A stretch of 49,677 bases of DNA from an uncultured Spirochaeta sp. (GCA_937140905.1 CAKZQO010000121.1:1-49677), one strand, 5' to 3'; positions 1-7,884 are shown, numbered from the stretch's first letter. Notes: generated by a model not told the origin, from the sequence alone. A program made the numbers and translations.

Positions 1-430
1 TAGTATGTACTTTTAGCTTGGCTAATACGAACGAGTTGAGGAATTCTCCGAACAGGTAGGCAATGAAGGACGCCATGAGTAACCGCGGAGAAAAACCCAG
101 AATTTTTTCCCAGGCTTTCTGGTTTTCCGCTGGCCAGAAAGGAGCAGCCGGAAGAACCCCACTGAGCAGAATGATTAGTACCGCAAGCAAGTTACAGAAA
201 AAGCCTAGCCAAATAACCTGTCGAGCCCGCGCGAATCCATATACTTCCGTAAGTATGTCCCCAAAGATGTACGCGAGGGGGAATAGAACCATAGCAGCAG
301 GTACGTAGAATCCCCAAAGATTCACCATCTTCACAGCCACAATGTTGGAGACGATCAGGGTTGTTACGAATAAGGATGAAATTAGCGGAAAATACCGTAA
401 GGCGGGCGCTGAACTACTTTGAGATGTCAC
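1..430 (-). CDS. yhhQ: Queuosine-precursor (preQ0/preQ1) transporter, YhhQ/DUF165 family; 5' part only, the gene runs off the left edge
   Basis: My own minus-strand translation is open from 430 to position 1: [80 protein letters not shown]...[20 protein letters not shown]. This matches the YhhQ hallmark (FP..YI.GD.LTEVYG). A GTG start at 430 overlaps the queF stop (GTGA). The gene is absent from the ORF track because it is truncated by the window edge. Confidence 0.8.
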   Translation of the reverse strand, partial: MTSQSSSAPALRYFPLISSLFVTTLIVSNIVAVKMVNLWGFYVPAAMVLFPLAYIFGDILTEVYGFARARQVIWLGFFCNLLAVLIILLSGVLPAAPFWPAENQKAWEKILGFSPRLLMASFIAYLFGEFLNSFVLAKLKVHT

Positions 431-852
431 CGCACCGCCTCCTTTGCAGCGTTAGTTCTCACGTGTTCGCATTCTACGGTAATCCCAATCCCCCCTCGAA
501 TATTGAAAACTCCGGTTACCTTAATATAGTGCGGATCCAGTATCGCCACGAGATCGTCAAGGATCGTATTCACCACATGTTCATGAAAGGCCCCTTCGTT
601 TCGGTATGACCACAGGTATAGTTTCAAAGATTTGGATTCCACGATCTTGGTGTCTGGAACATACTCGATTCGGATCTTAGCAAAATCCGGCTGTCCAGTA
701 ATGGGGCACAGGCAGGTAAACTCCTCAGTCTCAAGGGTTACTTTATAGTACCGCCCTGGGTTCTTATTAGGGAAAGCTTCTAGTTTTTTGCTCGGTTGAG
801 CCTTTTTTCCAAGGATGGTAAGATCCGGAGGTACAGAATTAGGATTATTCAT
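427..852 (-). CDS. queF: NADPH-dependent 7-cyano-7-deazaguanine (preQ0) reductase QueF, short type
   Basis: 141 aa. Contains the '[16 protein letters not shown]' catalytic-Cys motif and '[14 protein letters not shown]', both typical of unimodular QueF. RBS GAGGAG lies 5-6 nt upstream. Confidence 0.92.
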   Translation of the reverse strand: MNNPNSVPPDLTILGKKAQPSKKLEAFPNKNPGRYYKVTLETEEFTCLCPITGQPDFAKIRIEYVPDTKIVESKSLKLYLWSYRNEGAFHEHVVNTILDDLVAILDPHYIKVTGVFNIRGGIGITVECEHVRTNAAKEAVR

Positions 853-858
853 ACATTG

Positions 859-894
859 CTCCTCTGTTTTTTTTAAGTGGGAACTGCGACCACC
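859..894 (-). promoter_or_regulatory. preQ1-I riboswitch in the queF 5' leader
   Basis: The minus-strand RNA reads GGUGGUCGCAGUUCCCACUUAAAAAAAACAGAGGAG. It has a P1 stem (GGUGG/CCACU), the conserved loop UCGCAGU, and an A-rich tail running into the SD sequence (GAGGAG). By eye it is near-identical in architecture to the Thermoanaerobacter preQ1-I aptamer as I recall it, CUGGGUCGCAGUAACCCCAGUUAACAAAACAAGG. It sits directly before queF-yhhQ, the expected regulon. Confidence 0.85.
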
Positions 895-915
895 TGGAGT
901 AGCTTGATAGCACCC

Positions 916-945
916 ATCTTACCGTTCAGGACACACGGGGGTCAA
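916..945 (-). promoter_or_regulatory. Putative sigma70-type promoter for the riboswitch-queF-yhhQ transcript
   Basis: Minus strand: TTGACC (945-940), 18-nt spacer, TAAGAT (921-916). It ends about 20 nt upstream of riboswitch P1. Confidence 0.5.
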
Positions 946-1005
946 CTAGTAAGTAAAACTGCACAGGGACAGTACGATTGGGAAGGGGGAAAAGAACCGA
1001 ACCTG

Positions 1006-1035
1006 TTGACAAACACGAAGCCCCTTCTATAGAAT
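1006..1035 (+). promoter_or_regulatory. Sigma70-type promoter for tRNA-Leu
   Basis: TTGACA (1006-1011), 18-nt spacer, TAGAAT (1030-1035). An alternative -10, TATAGA, gives a 16-nt spacer. The tRNA starts about 20 nt downstream. Confidence 0.65.
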
Positions 1036-1054
1036 AATGCCAACAAATAGTCTA

Positions 1055-1138
1055 GCGGCGATGGTGAAATTGGTAGACACACCAGCTTGAGGGGCTGGCG
1101 AGCGTTCGCTCATGGAGGTTCAAGTCCTCTTCGCCGCA
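1055..1138 (+). tRNA. tRNA-Leu (anticodon GAG), class II with a long variable arm; CCA not encoded
   Basis: Cloverleaf folded by hand. Acceptor GCGGCGA/UCGCCGC with discriminator A. D arm GUG-AAAUUGGUAGA-CAC. Anticodon stem CCAGC/GCUGG with loop UUGAGGG. Variable arm GAGCG-UU-CGCUC. T arm GGAGG-UUCAAGU-CCUCU. Confidence 0.93.
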
Positions 1139-1147
1139 TGAATCGCA

Positions 1148-1180
1148 GCACCCCCCTAAGGGTGGGGTGCTTTTTTTTTT
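1148..1180 (+). terminator. Rho-independent terminator of tRNA-Leu
   Basis: Stem GCACCCC (1148-1154) pairs with GGGGTGC (1164-1170), followed by a run of 10 T (1171-1180). Confidence 0.85.
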
Positions 1181-1188
1181 GCAACTTT

Positions 1189-1325
1189 CGAAGAGGACTT
1201 GAATCGAGCGAGCGCGCTGCGACCGCAGCGGAAGCACGGCAGGACGCCGTACGCCAGCGAGCGAGACGGCCCGGAGCGCCTCGACAGGAAGTCGAGGAGA
1301 GGAGGGCAAGTCCTCTTCGCCGCAT
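1189..1325. repeat. tRNA-Leu 3'-end-derived repeats (one inverted, one direct copy) enclosing a GC-rich structured core
   Basis: 1189-1203 'cgaagaggacttgaa' is the reverse complement of tRNA positions 1119-1133. 1307-1325 'caagtcctcttcgccgcat' is a perfect 19-nt direct copy of 1121-1139. The core 1201-1306 is about 72% GC by hand count and contains nested hairpins at 1216-1229 and 1279-1297. Confidence 0.8.
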
Positions 1326-2578
1326 CAGGTACTAAATTCAACCCGATTCTTTCCGTTCATCTTTGCCCTATAAAGTAAGGCATCTGCTCGATTTACCAGT
1401 GTCTCGGCAGATTCTCCCACTTTATACTGGGTCACACCTATGGATGTGGTGATCAACTTAGGGATCCCATCCAGATGTTTGGCGGAAACGGCTGCCCGGA
1501 TCTTTTCCGCTGCTTTTACCGCGTTTTCCAGTACAGTTTCGGGAAGAATAACGAGGAACTCTTCTCCTCCATACCTACCCGCAATATCGGAAGCTCGTAT
1601 GAGGGATTGGATTTTATGTCCCATTGCCTGCAGCACTCGATCCCCTGCACGGTGTCCATACTCATCGTTCACTCGTTTAAAATCATCGATATCCATTAGA
1701 AAAACGGACAGAGGATGCCCATACCGCTTGGAACGATGGATTTCCTTTTCCAATCGCTCGAAGGAGTGACGATGGTTGAATAGTCCGGTAAGACCATCGG
1801 TAACTGCCAGATACTCTAACCGTTTCCTCATCTGGAAGGCTCGCGCATTGATCCGGACCCTAGACATTAGCTCTGCAGCATCGAAGGGTTTGTGGATATA
1901 ATCGTCTGCGCCTGCCATCAAGATGGTCGTAAGGGATTTTTCACCCGAAAAACGGGACATACTGATGATGATGGAATCCTTGTGATAAGTTCGGACCCGG
2001 TGAACGACCTGTTCCCCTGACATATCGGGGAGGACGATGTCTAATATATACACGTCAAACAGTTCTTGAGTGGCAAACAATTCTCCTGCCGTAGTAAAAA
2101 GCTTTACATTGCCTATGCCGTTCATGGACAGAATATGGGATACGATCTTCAGGATCAGCTGAGAATCGTCCAAAACGGCAAAGCGTAATTTGCGTATATA
2201 CCGGGACAGCTCGTCTTCCGCGGAAAAGGCTTCGAAGTAACGCCTAAGTTTCTCTTCGTCCAACTCTGATTTCAGGATGTAGTCCATCACTCCGAGACTG
2301 AAGAATTTTTCCCTCAGTTCCAGTGAGTCGGAAGAAGTGACAATAATGGTAGGGATATCCTTATGAAGATCCTTGGTTAAGGTTCGGATCAACGATTCGG
2401 CTGTTCCGTCATCCAGTTCCAGAGCTGTTATGACTAGATCTACGGGGCGCTCCGCAACTATACTGAAAGCTTCAGCTTGGGTTGCTACACTGGTGATGGA
2501 ATACCCATATCGTACTACTAATTCTCGCATGATTTTTCGAAACAACTCGCTTCGATCCACATGTAATACGTGAAGCAT
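1325..2578 (-). CDS. Response regulator / diguanylate cyclase (pseudo-REC, REC, GGDEF)
   Basis: 417 aa. Active site 'RYGGEEFLVILPE', with an RxxD I-site ('RASD') 5 residues upstream. REC2 is canonical (VLDDS...YILDIVLPDMSG...IHKP). REC1 has Ala at the acceptor position (DLVITALELDDG). RBS GGAGG lies upstream. Confidence 0.9.
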   Translation of the reverse strand: MLHVLHVDRSELFRKIMRELVVRYGYSITSVATQAEAFSIVAERPVDLVITALELDDGTAESLIRTLTKDLHKDIPTIIVTSSDSLELREKFFSLGVMDYILKSELDEEKLRRYFEAFSAEDELSRYIRKLRFAVLDDSQLILKIVSHILSMNGIGNVKLFTTAGELFATQELFDVYILDIVLPDMSGEQVVHRVRTYHKDSIIISMSRFSGEKSLTTILMAGADDYIHKPFDAAELMSRVRINARAFQMRKRLEYLAVTDGLTGLFNHRHSFERLEKEIHRSKRYGHPLSVFLMDIDDFKRVNDEYGHRAGDRVLQAMGHKIQSLIRASDIAGRYGGEEFLVILPETVLENAVKAAEKIRAAVSAKHLDGIPKLITTSIGVTQYKVGESAETLVNRADALLYRAKMNGKNRVEFST

Positions 2579-2596
2579 CTTCCACCTCCCTCTCCA

Positions 2597-3889
2597 TTAA
2601 CGAGGTAATAGTAGATACAACGTAGACGCATACAGGGCTGCGCTACCCAGCACGAACAACCCTGGTTTCATCAACCCTTTCAAACTCTCCCATAAACCGG
2701 TCTTGAAGTACTCATTGGTGACGATCAAACATACGTGAATGGGTGAAAAGATCATTCCCAGATACCCACTAGTATGGGTCAAGGCAATAGTGGAAAACAA
2801 GACCCCGGCACCGGGATCCGTTCCTAACAAGCGAAAGATCACAGGATAACTGGCGCCCACATATCCTACGGTAATGCCCGTGGTGACGCCACTAATAAAA
2901 GGAATGAGGAAGATGAGTAACAGTAAGGGGATCCCAAACTCGTTCAGTTCGGCTCGAATCTGGTCCATTAAAAAGTTCCCTGACGGCAATCGCGCTTCTA
3001 TAAAAGCGCCGTACACTCTAGTAAGGAGAACGATCAATGCCAAACTCACCGTACGTTTTGACCCTATCACTCTTTTCCATACATCCCAGGGAAGGGGTCG
3101 TTGCACCTGAAGGACAACAATCCCTGCCAGCACCCCAATGACCATGGGAAGGTATTTATCTATCTCCGACAGGGAAGGTACAAACACCAGAATTCCACTG
3201 TACACCACAATCACTGTCAGGGTAGGTATGATTAAAGGTAAGAATGCCTTTTGGTTTCCAATGTTCGTCTTCGAATTCCTCTTACTCAGCTTGGAAAGCA
3301 GAAATATGTATCCAGCTCCCGTGGAAGCGAAAAACATGGGAAACATCACCAGCACGAATTTCCAAACGGGAACTCCCGTGATGTCTACCGCTAATAGCAC
3401 CCCGGGGTATAAAGGCCACCAATACTCCCAAACATGGCGAAACCAGTAATTGATTCTCGTTTTTTGGAGAGGATCCATTTCCTTGTTGGTGTCTCCATCG
3501 TCCAATAGGGGAGCAGAGAATAGAGCTCCAGCCGGCATGGGCAGGAGTCCTACCACGGCCGGTAAGGCGGCTACCAACCACCGCTTGGAAAGCCGCTTCT
3601 CTAGGCTGGAGACTAGGTCCTTCATGATCCCAGCTTCGGCTAGTAGAGAACTCAGCCATATCACTCCCACGATCACCAGTGTCAAGAAAAGAGAATCCAA
3701 GGACAACACTCGATTGAGAATGATTTGGATGGCTGCAGGAGGAGAATGTCCTGCCCACAATCCAAGGATTAGTATACCGAAACCTAAAGCAAGCTCTAGG
3801 CTCTTCGATACTTTTTGAATCAATAGAATGCTGAAAAGAGAAAGAATTACTCTCACCAAATAAGGGGGAAACAGAATGGATGTGCTCAT
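2597..3889 (-). CDS. Polytopic membrane protein, DUF401-like putative permease
   Basis: 430 aa and highly hydrophobic, with more than 10 predicted TM segments. The motif 'LLPMPAGALFSAPLL' resembles the DUF401 family as I remember it. The family name is unverified. Confidence 0.6.
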   Translation of the reverse strand: MSTSILFPPYLVRVILSLFSILLIQKVSKSLELALGFGILILGLWAGHSPPAAIQIILNRVLSLDSLFLTLVIVGVIWLSSLLAEAGIMKDLVSSLEKRLSKRWLVAALPAVVGLLPMPAGALFSAPLLDDGDTNKEMDPLQKTRINYWFRHVWEYWWPLYPGVLLAVDITGVPVWKFVLVMFPMFFASTGAGYIFLLSKLSKRNSKTNIGNQKAFLPLIIPTLTVIVVYSGILVFVPSLSEIDKYLPMVIGVLAGIVVLQVQRPLPWDVWKRVIGSKRTVSLALIVLLTRVYGAFIEARLPSGNFLMDQIRAELNEFGIPLLLLIFLIPFISGVTTGITVGYVGASYPVIFRLLGTDPGAGVLFSTIALTHTSGYLGMIFSPIHVCLIVTNEYFKTGLWESLKGLMKPGLFVLGSAALYASTLYLLLPR

Positions 3890-3932
3890 AGGATGGAGAT
3901 TACCATACAGAAAGAGACAATTGAAATCAAGA

Positions 3933-4205
3933 TCAGACTACTTCCACTGTTAAGGAAGGAAACTCTTTCTCGAATTCTGTCTTTAAATCCCGCATAAGGG
4001 ATCGTCGGATCGTAGCGGTCACCACCCCACACACGAAACAGGGATGTCGAGGCTCTTCGATATCGAGAACTACCAAGAGTTTTTTCTCCGATTCACTGTA
4101 GGACACCTTGCCTACCAGACCTAGTTCAGCCACACTGCGAAAGGTTTCTGGCTCCTTCACCCGATCCAGTACCGAATCGATCTTCCGTTTCATGTCCTCA
4201 GTCAT
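3933..4205 (-). CDS. Small DUF59/MIP18-like protein (family assignment tentative)
   Basis: 90 aa. 'VKEPETFRSVAELGLVGKV' resembles the DUF59 core (V.DPE...i.dLGlv), followed by 'PCFVCG'. Its start overlaps the upstream gene's stop by 8 nt. Confidence 0.55.
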   Translation of the reverse strand: MTEDMKRKIDSVLDRVKEPETFRSVAELGLVGKVSYSESEKKLLVVLDIEEPRHPCFVCGVVTATIRRSLMRDLKTEFEKEFPSLTVEVV

Positions 4206-4848
4206 CGTTTCCTGCTCCCTTTATAAAAAAGGGTTTCAGCTCTGGTAAGGCCGATTTCAGGCATTCCCCTAGCTTCCCCTTTTCCGGTTTCAAATAGAAG
4301 AAGAAGGTCTTGTTCTCTCCATAACAACAAAAGTGAAGAAGCGACTCTTCATGAGCGATCTTTTCGAGGAACTTGCGTAACCGTTCCCCCATTCCCTTTT
4401 CTTTCCAGAAAAGGACATACCGACGATTATTCTTGTACACTTCTTCCGATTCCATGGATTCCACCCCCAGGATCGTTTTCCGCGCCTTTCCCACATACTT
4501 GCCGCTCACAATGTGTCCTTCGCCTAGCAACTTGCCCTGGACGAACAGATTCAGGTAGTACCGGTCATACTTGGCGATGAGGAACGAAATGGGAAGATAC
4601 AGGATGGATTGGCGGGGTAGAAGCGTGAAGGTTCCTTTGGCTTCCCGAAAGGGTCTTTCCATCTTATAGACGAAATTGTACCCTATGGTACCTCCAAAGT
4701 TCGTATACTGGGTGTCCACAGGCTTCAACGCCTCTTCAGTCTCCCGAGCTATCCACCCCGAGATCCAGCGATTCTTTTTCCGTCCCTGGAAATACCCGAG
4801 GGTTGTGATGAGAGCAAAAGCGATGAGGGGTATGATCCATTGGTTCAT
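4198..4848 (-). CDS. Hypothetical N-terminally anchored single-pass membrane protein
   Basis: 216 aa. N-terminal TM segment 'WIIPLIAFALITTLGYF' followed by a KR-rich stretch. I recognise no motif. AGGAG RBS lies inside the end of the upstream ATPase gene. Confidence 0.7.
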   Translation of the reverse strand: MNQWIIPLIAFALITTLGYFQGRKKNRWISGWIARETEEALKPVDTQYTNFGGTIGYNFVYKMERPFREAKGTFTLLPRQSILYLPISFLIAKYDRYYLNLFVQGKLLGEGHIVSGKYVGKARKTILGVESMESEEVYKNNRRYVLFWKEKGMGERLRKFLEKIAHEESLLHFCCYGENKTFFFYLKPEKGKLGECLKSALPELKPFFIKGAGNDD

Positions 4849-4852
4849 CGGG

Positions 4853-5770
4853 CTAACTCCTTTCCATGTCCTCTACGAGCTCTGGAATTTCCACTTTCAC
4901 CAGATCTTCTGGAGTTTTCAAACCTGTTGAGATGTACACCGACGTGAAGATGGGGAATCGATGGAAGTTCTGTTTCACCTCCTCCCCACACGCTCCATCG
5001 GAAGGGGCCTTATTGAAGCACACGCTGTCGATGTGAACATCTAGCTTTTCCAGTTCGTGGCGAATTCGTATAGCTTCCGCTAAAGAGAGGGTATCTGGAT
5101 TGATAATGACAGTAATATAGCTATCGTTTTTGAATAGTTGATGCAACCAGGATAATCTGGTCTGAATCCCAGATAGTTTTCCATAGATACGATCGTCCTC
5201 TACCTTGGAAGCTCCCCGAATCACATGGGCTTCTGGATTTAGATTGAGGATCGTTTGACGCTTTTTCAGTACCTTCTGCCTCATATCCAAGAGTTCTCGC
5301 ACCCAAAGCATCGATATGGTAGGCATCGCTAGAAACCGTAACGTCAGGGCAGTAGGGGGAGTGTCGAAGATGATTCGATCGTACTTGTCTCCATGCTCTT
5401 TCACCACATGTTCTATAGCCCAGAGAACCGCATACTCTTCCGTGCCCGGTGTATACTTCATGATATTTATATATGAGTCTAGGTTAATTGTTGTATTGTA
5501 TCGGTAGGTCGCTTGAATCTCGTCCCTGCTATCTTTCAAATACCGAGCGATCCATTCCTGGAGGTCCACTTCCATCCCATCTAGGTTTGAGGATAGGGTA
5601 GTACGCTTATTGGATAGTTTCTTTCCGAAAACATCCCCTAGGTTGTGTGCGGGATCGAGGGAAACAATTAAGGTCTTTCTCCCTTGTCTACTCAGGTAGT
5701 AGGCGGTTGCGGATGATAGGGTGGTCTTTCCTACCCCGCCCTTTCCCAGAAAAAACGATACCTTCTTCAT
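4853..5770 (-). CDS. ArsA/Get3(TRC40)-family P-loop ATPase, single domain
   Basis: 305 aa. Deviant Walker A 'GKGGVGKTT'. 'SLDPAHNLGDVFGKK' matches the Get3/ArsA signature. Switch II-like 'FDTPPTALTLRFL'. No ArsB/ArsD/ArsR genes are nearby. Confidence 0.85.
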   Translation of the reverse strand: MKKVSFFLGKGGVGKTTLSSATAYYLSRQGRKTLIVSLDPAHNLGDVFGKKLSNKRTTLSSNLDGMEVDLQEWIARYLKDSRDEIQATYRYNTTINLDSYINIMKYTPGTEEYAVLWAIEHVVKEHGDKYDRIIFDTPPTALTLRFLAMPTISMLWVRELLDMRQKVLKKRQTILNLNPEAHVIRGASKVEDDRIYGKLSGIQTRLSWLHQLFKNDSYITVIINPDTLSLAEAIRIRHELEKLDVHIDSVCFNKAPSDGACGEEVKQNFHRFPIFTSVYISTGLKTPEDLVKVEIPELVEDMERS

Positions 5771-5779
5771 GTCCCTACC

Positions 5780-6067
5780 TCAATCCACGTTCAACATGCC
5801 CATAATAGCTCCCAGTGGATCCTGAGCCAGATCTGCCCTACTTACCATGATCCTCAGTTCATCTTCCAGGTATGGAAGAAGTTCCATAGCCATGGCGGCT
5901 GGCGGAGAAGGGAAACCAATGAAACTCCCGAATATCAGTACCACAAATAGGTTTTCCAGTTCGTTCAATTCGAACTCTAACATCCCTGTTGCCTTGTCCC
6001 GATGCACCTGTACCGTTGTTTCCCAGAACTTTTCCCAGAGTTTCCCTAACGAGAGCTTTTCCTTCAT
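5780..6067 (-). CDS. Hypothetical small protein with a central hydrophobic segment
   Basis: 95 aa. Hydrophobic stretch 'LFVVLIFGSFIGFPSPPAAMAM'. GAAGGA RBS. First gene after the cstA terminator, with only a 9-nt gap to the ATPase gene. Confidence 0.6.
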   Translation of the reverse strand: MKEKLSLGKLWEKFWETTVQVHRDKATGMLEFELNELENLFVVLIFGSFIGFPSPPAAMAMELLPYLEDELRIMVSRADLAQDPLGAIMGMLNVD

Positions 6068-6120
6068 AGATGTCCTTCAAGATACTTAGATGTTTTATAA
6101 AAAGCAATTGTCTGGTCGAT

Positions 6121-6152
6121 GAAAAAAGCCTGCATGGCATGCCATGCAGGCT
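6121..6152 (-). terminator. Rho-independent terminator of cstA
   Basis: Perfect 26-nt palindrome 'agcctgcatggcatgccatgcaggct' (6127-6152). It is followed on the minus strand by a T-run (A-run 6122-6127 on the plus strand) and lies 23 nt after the cstA stop. Confidence 0.85.
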
Positions 6153-6174
6153 TGTACGTCTTGCAATAACCCGA

Positions 6175-7884
6175 CTAAGCGTCTGCTTTGGCGGTTTTGG
6201 CACCAAAATTCTTCATGAAGGAAACGATCATAATAACGTTTAAGATCAGCATGAAGACGTTGATTACCCCTACGACTGCACCGGTAATTTGGTTTTTCAT
6301 AAAGGCAATGTCCGTCATGTTCGGAGCTCGCACGAAATGGGTAGGAATAATAACGAACTCATACCAGACCAATCCTACCGTCACAGTGATCCAGAGGAGG
6401 AATGCGGGAATGAGCACTACATTGGTGTATTTCTCGTTCAGTTTCTTTTTTACCCACATGGCGGCAGTCAGCATCACAATGGAAGCGATCAACTGGTTGG
6501 CTCCCGAGAACGCGGGCCAGAGGACCGTATAGTTTCCTGTCCATGCCAGACCGATCCCAAGGATAGCGATAATCAAGGATGCAGACCACTTGTTGGAGAA
6601 CAAGCCATATAGAGCAGCGGATTTTTCTTTCATCGGTAGGGCCAATTCCCCAATGATGTACCGGCCCAAGCGGTTTGTGGTATCGAGGGTAGTCAACGCG
6701 AAGGAAGACACCCAGAGAGAGGCGAAAAGGTTCATGAAAGCCGGGGTTACAAAGGGAAGTGAGCTTCCCACCATATGCCCATAGGACTTGGTGAACCGTA
6801 GAAGAGCGGGAGTGGCCAGAACCTTTCCCTCACCAAGGGCAGCAATCCCAAACCCTGCAATAGAAATGATAACAACCGTAGAGAGGAACCCTTCCGTCAA
6901 CATGGCCCCGTATCCTACGAACAGGGCGTCCTTCTCTTCACGAAGTTGCTTGGAGCTAGTACCAGAAGCAACGAGGGAGTGGAATCCGGAAAGTGCTCCA
7001 CAGGCAATGACTAGCGGAACCGTGGGCCAGAAAGGTGAAGGCTGCCCTCCAATGATCTTCGCGGAAAACGTTGTGAAGGCTGGCACACTGTTGAAACCCT
7101 GGAATGCCACGAGGGCCGCTACACCGCCCATCAGGAGTCCGAAGTAGAGGAGGAAGGAGTTCAGGTAGTCTCGGGGTTGCAGTAGAATATTCACGGGAAG
7201 GGCCGAGGCAATCACGATGTAGATGAGGAGCACGAGGAACCAGGTATCCTTGGATCCCTTCAGAGGAGCCATCATTCCCAACCAGAAGGATACGATGAGG
7301 AGGATGATTCCAATCAGTGTACTGATCCCGACTCCCAAGCTTGTGCGGTACATTAGAATACCAAGGATTACGGCTGAAGCGCAGAAGAGGAAGAAGGTGC
7401 TTGCGACAGCTCCATCCGCAGCAAACTGCCCCGCTACGATATCACCAAAGGCGGCCACAACCAGGATACAGAGGAATAGGATGAACCATCCAAAGGATTT
7501 CCCCGCTCCCTTTCCCATCAGGTCCTGCGCTACATACTGAACCGAACGCCCATCGTACCGTACGGAAGCCGTTAGAGAGAGGTAGTCATGGATAGCCCCA
7601 ATGAAGATGTTACCAAACCAGATCCAGAGGAGGGAAGGCAGCCATCCCCATGCTACTGCCATGGCCGGTCCTACGATGGGTCCTGCGCCGGCAATAGAAG
7701 CGAAGTGATGTCCGAAAAGAACATACTTGCTGGTTGGCACATAATCCACTCCATCGTTCAACCGTTTAGAGGGGGCTTCCGGGGCCTCATGGGACTTGAG
7801 GAGATTGGCTTGGAGCCTTTTACCATAGGCGAAGTAGAACACTAGATAGACTACCAAGGCCACAATAGCAATTAGAGCACTCAT
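6175..7884 (-). CDS. cstA: Carbon starvation protein A (peptide/pyruvate transporter family)
   Basis: 569 aa polytopic protein. 'FGHHFASIAGAGPIVGP' and overall CstA-like N-terminal architecture. AAGGAGG RBS. Confidence 0.9.
   Translation of the reverse strand: MSALIAIVALVVYLVFYFAYGKRLQANLLKSHEAPEAPSKRLNDGVDYVPTSKYVLFGHHFASIAGAGPIVGPAMAVAWGWLPSLLWIWFGNIFIGAIHDYLSLTASVRYDGRSVQYVAQDLMGKGAGKSFGWFILFLCILVVAAFGDIVAGQFAADGAVASTFFLFCASAVILGILMYRTSLGVGISTLIGIILLIVSFWLGMMAPLKGSKDTWFLVLLIYIVIASALPVNILLQPRDYLNSFLLYFGLLMGGVAALVAFQGFNSVPAFTTFSAKIIGGQPSPFWPTVPLVIACGALSGFHSLVASGTSSKQLREEKDALFVGYGAMLTEGFLSTVVIISIAGFGIAALGEGKVLATPALLRFTKSYGHMVGSSLPFVTPAFMNLFASLWVSSFALTTLDTTNRLGRYIIGELALPMKEKSAALYGLFSNKWSASLIIAILGIGLAWTGNYTVLWPAFSGANQLIASIVMLTAAMWVKKKLNEKYTNVVLIPAFLLWITVTVGLVWYEFVIIPTHFVRAPNMTDIAFMKNQITGAVVGVINVFMLILNVIMIVSFMKNFGAKTAKADA

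Noticed and set aside
63-609. Plus-strand ORFs 63..308 and 361..609
   Set aside because: The opposite strand encodes a clean YhhQ-family membrane protein (1-430) and queF (427-852). The plus-strand frames are shadow ORFs with low-complexity, non-protein-like sequence.
1052-1341. Four mutually overlapping ORFs (61-85 aa, both strands) across the tRNA-Leu gene and the GC-rich segment
   Set aside because: They overlap a well-folded tRNA and its terminator. They are Arg/Ala/Pro-rich, as expected for random frames in roughly 70% GC DNA, and they lack an RBS. The region is better explained as tRNA plus repeat structure.
6068-6120. Promoter for the ArsA-like operon
   Set aside because: I found only weak -35/-10 candidates (TTGCTT, TATAAA, TAAGTA) with poor spacing, so I could not support a specific call.
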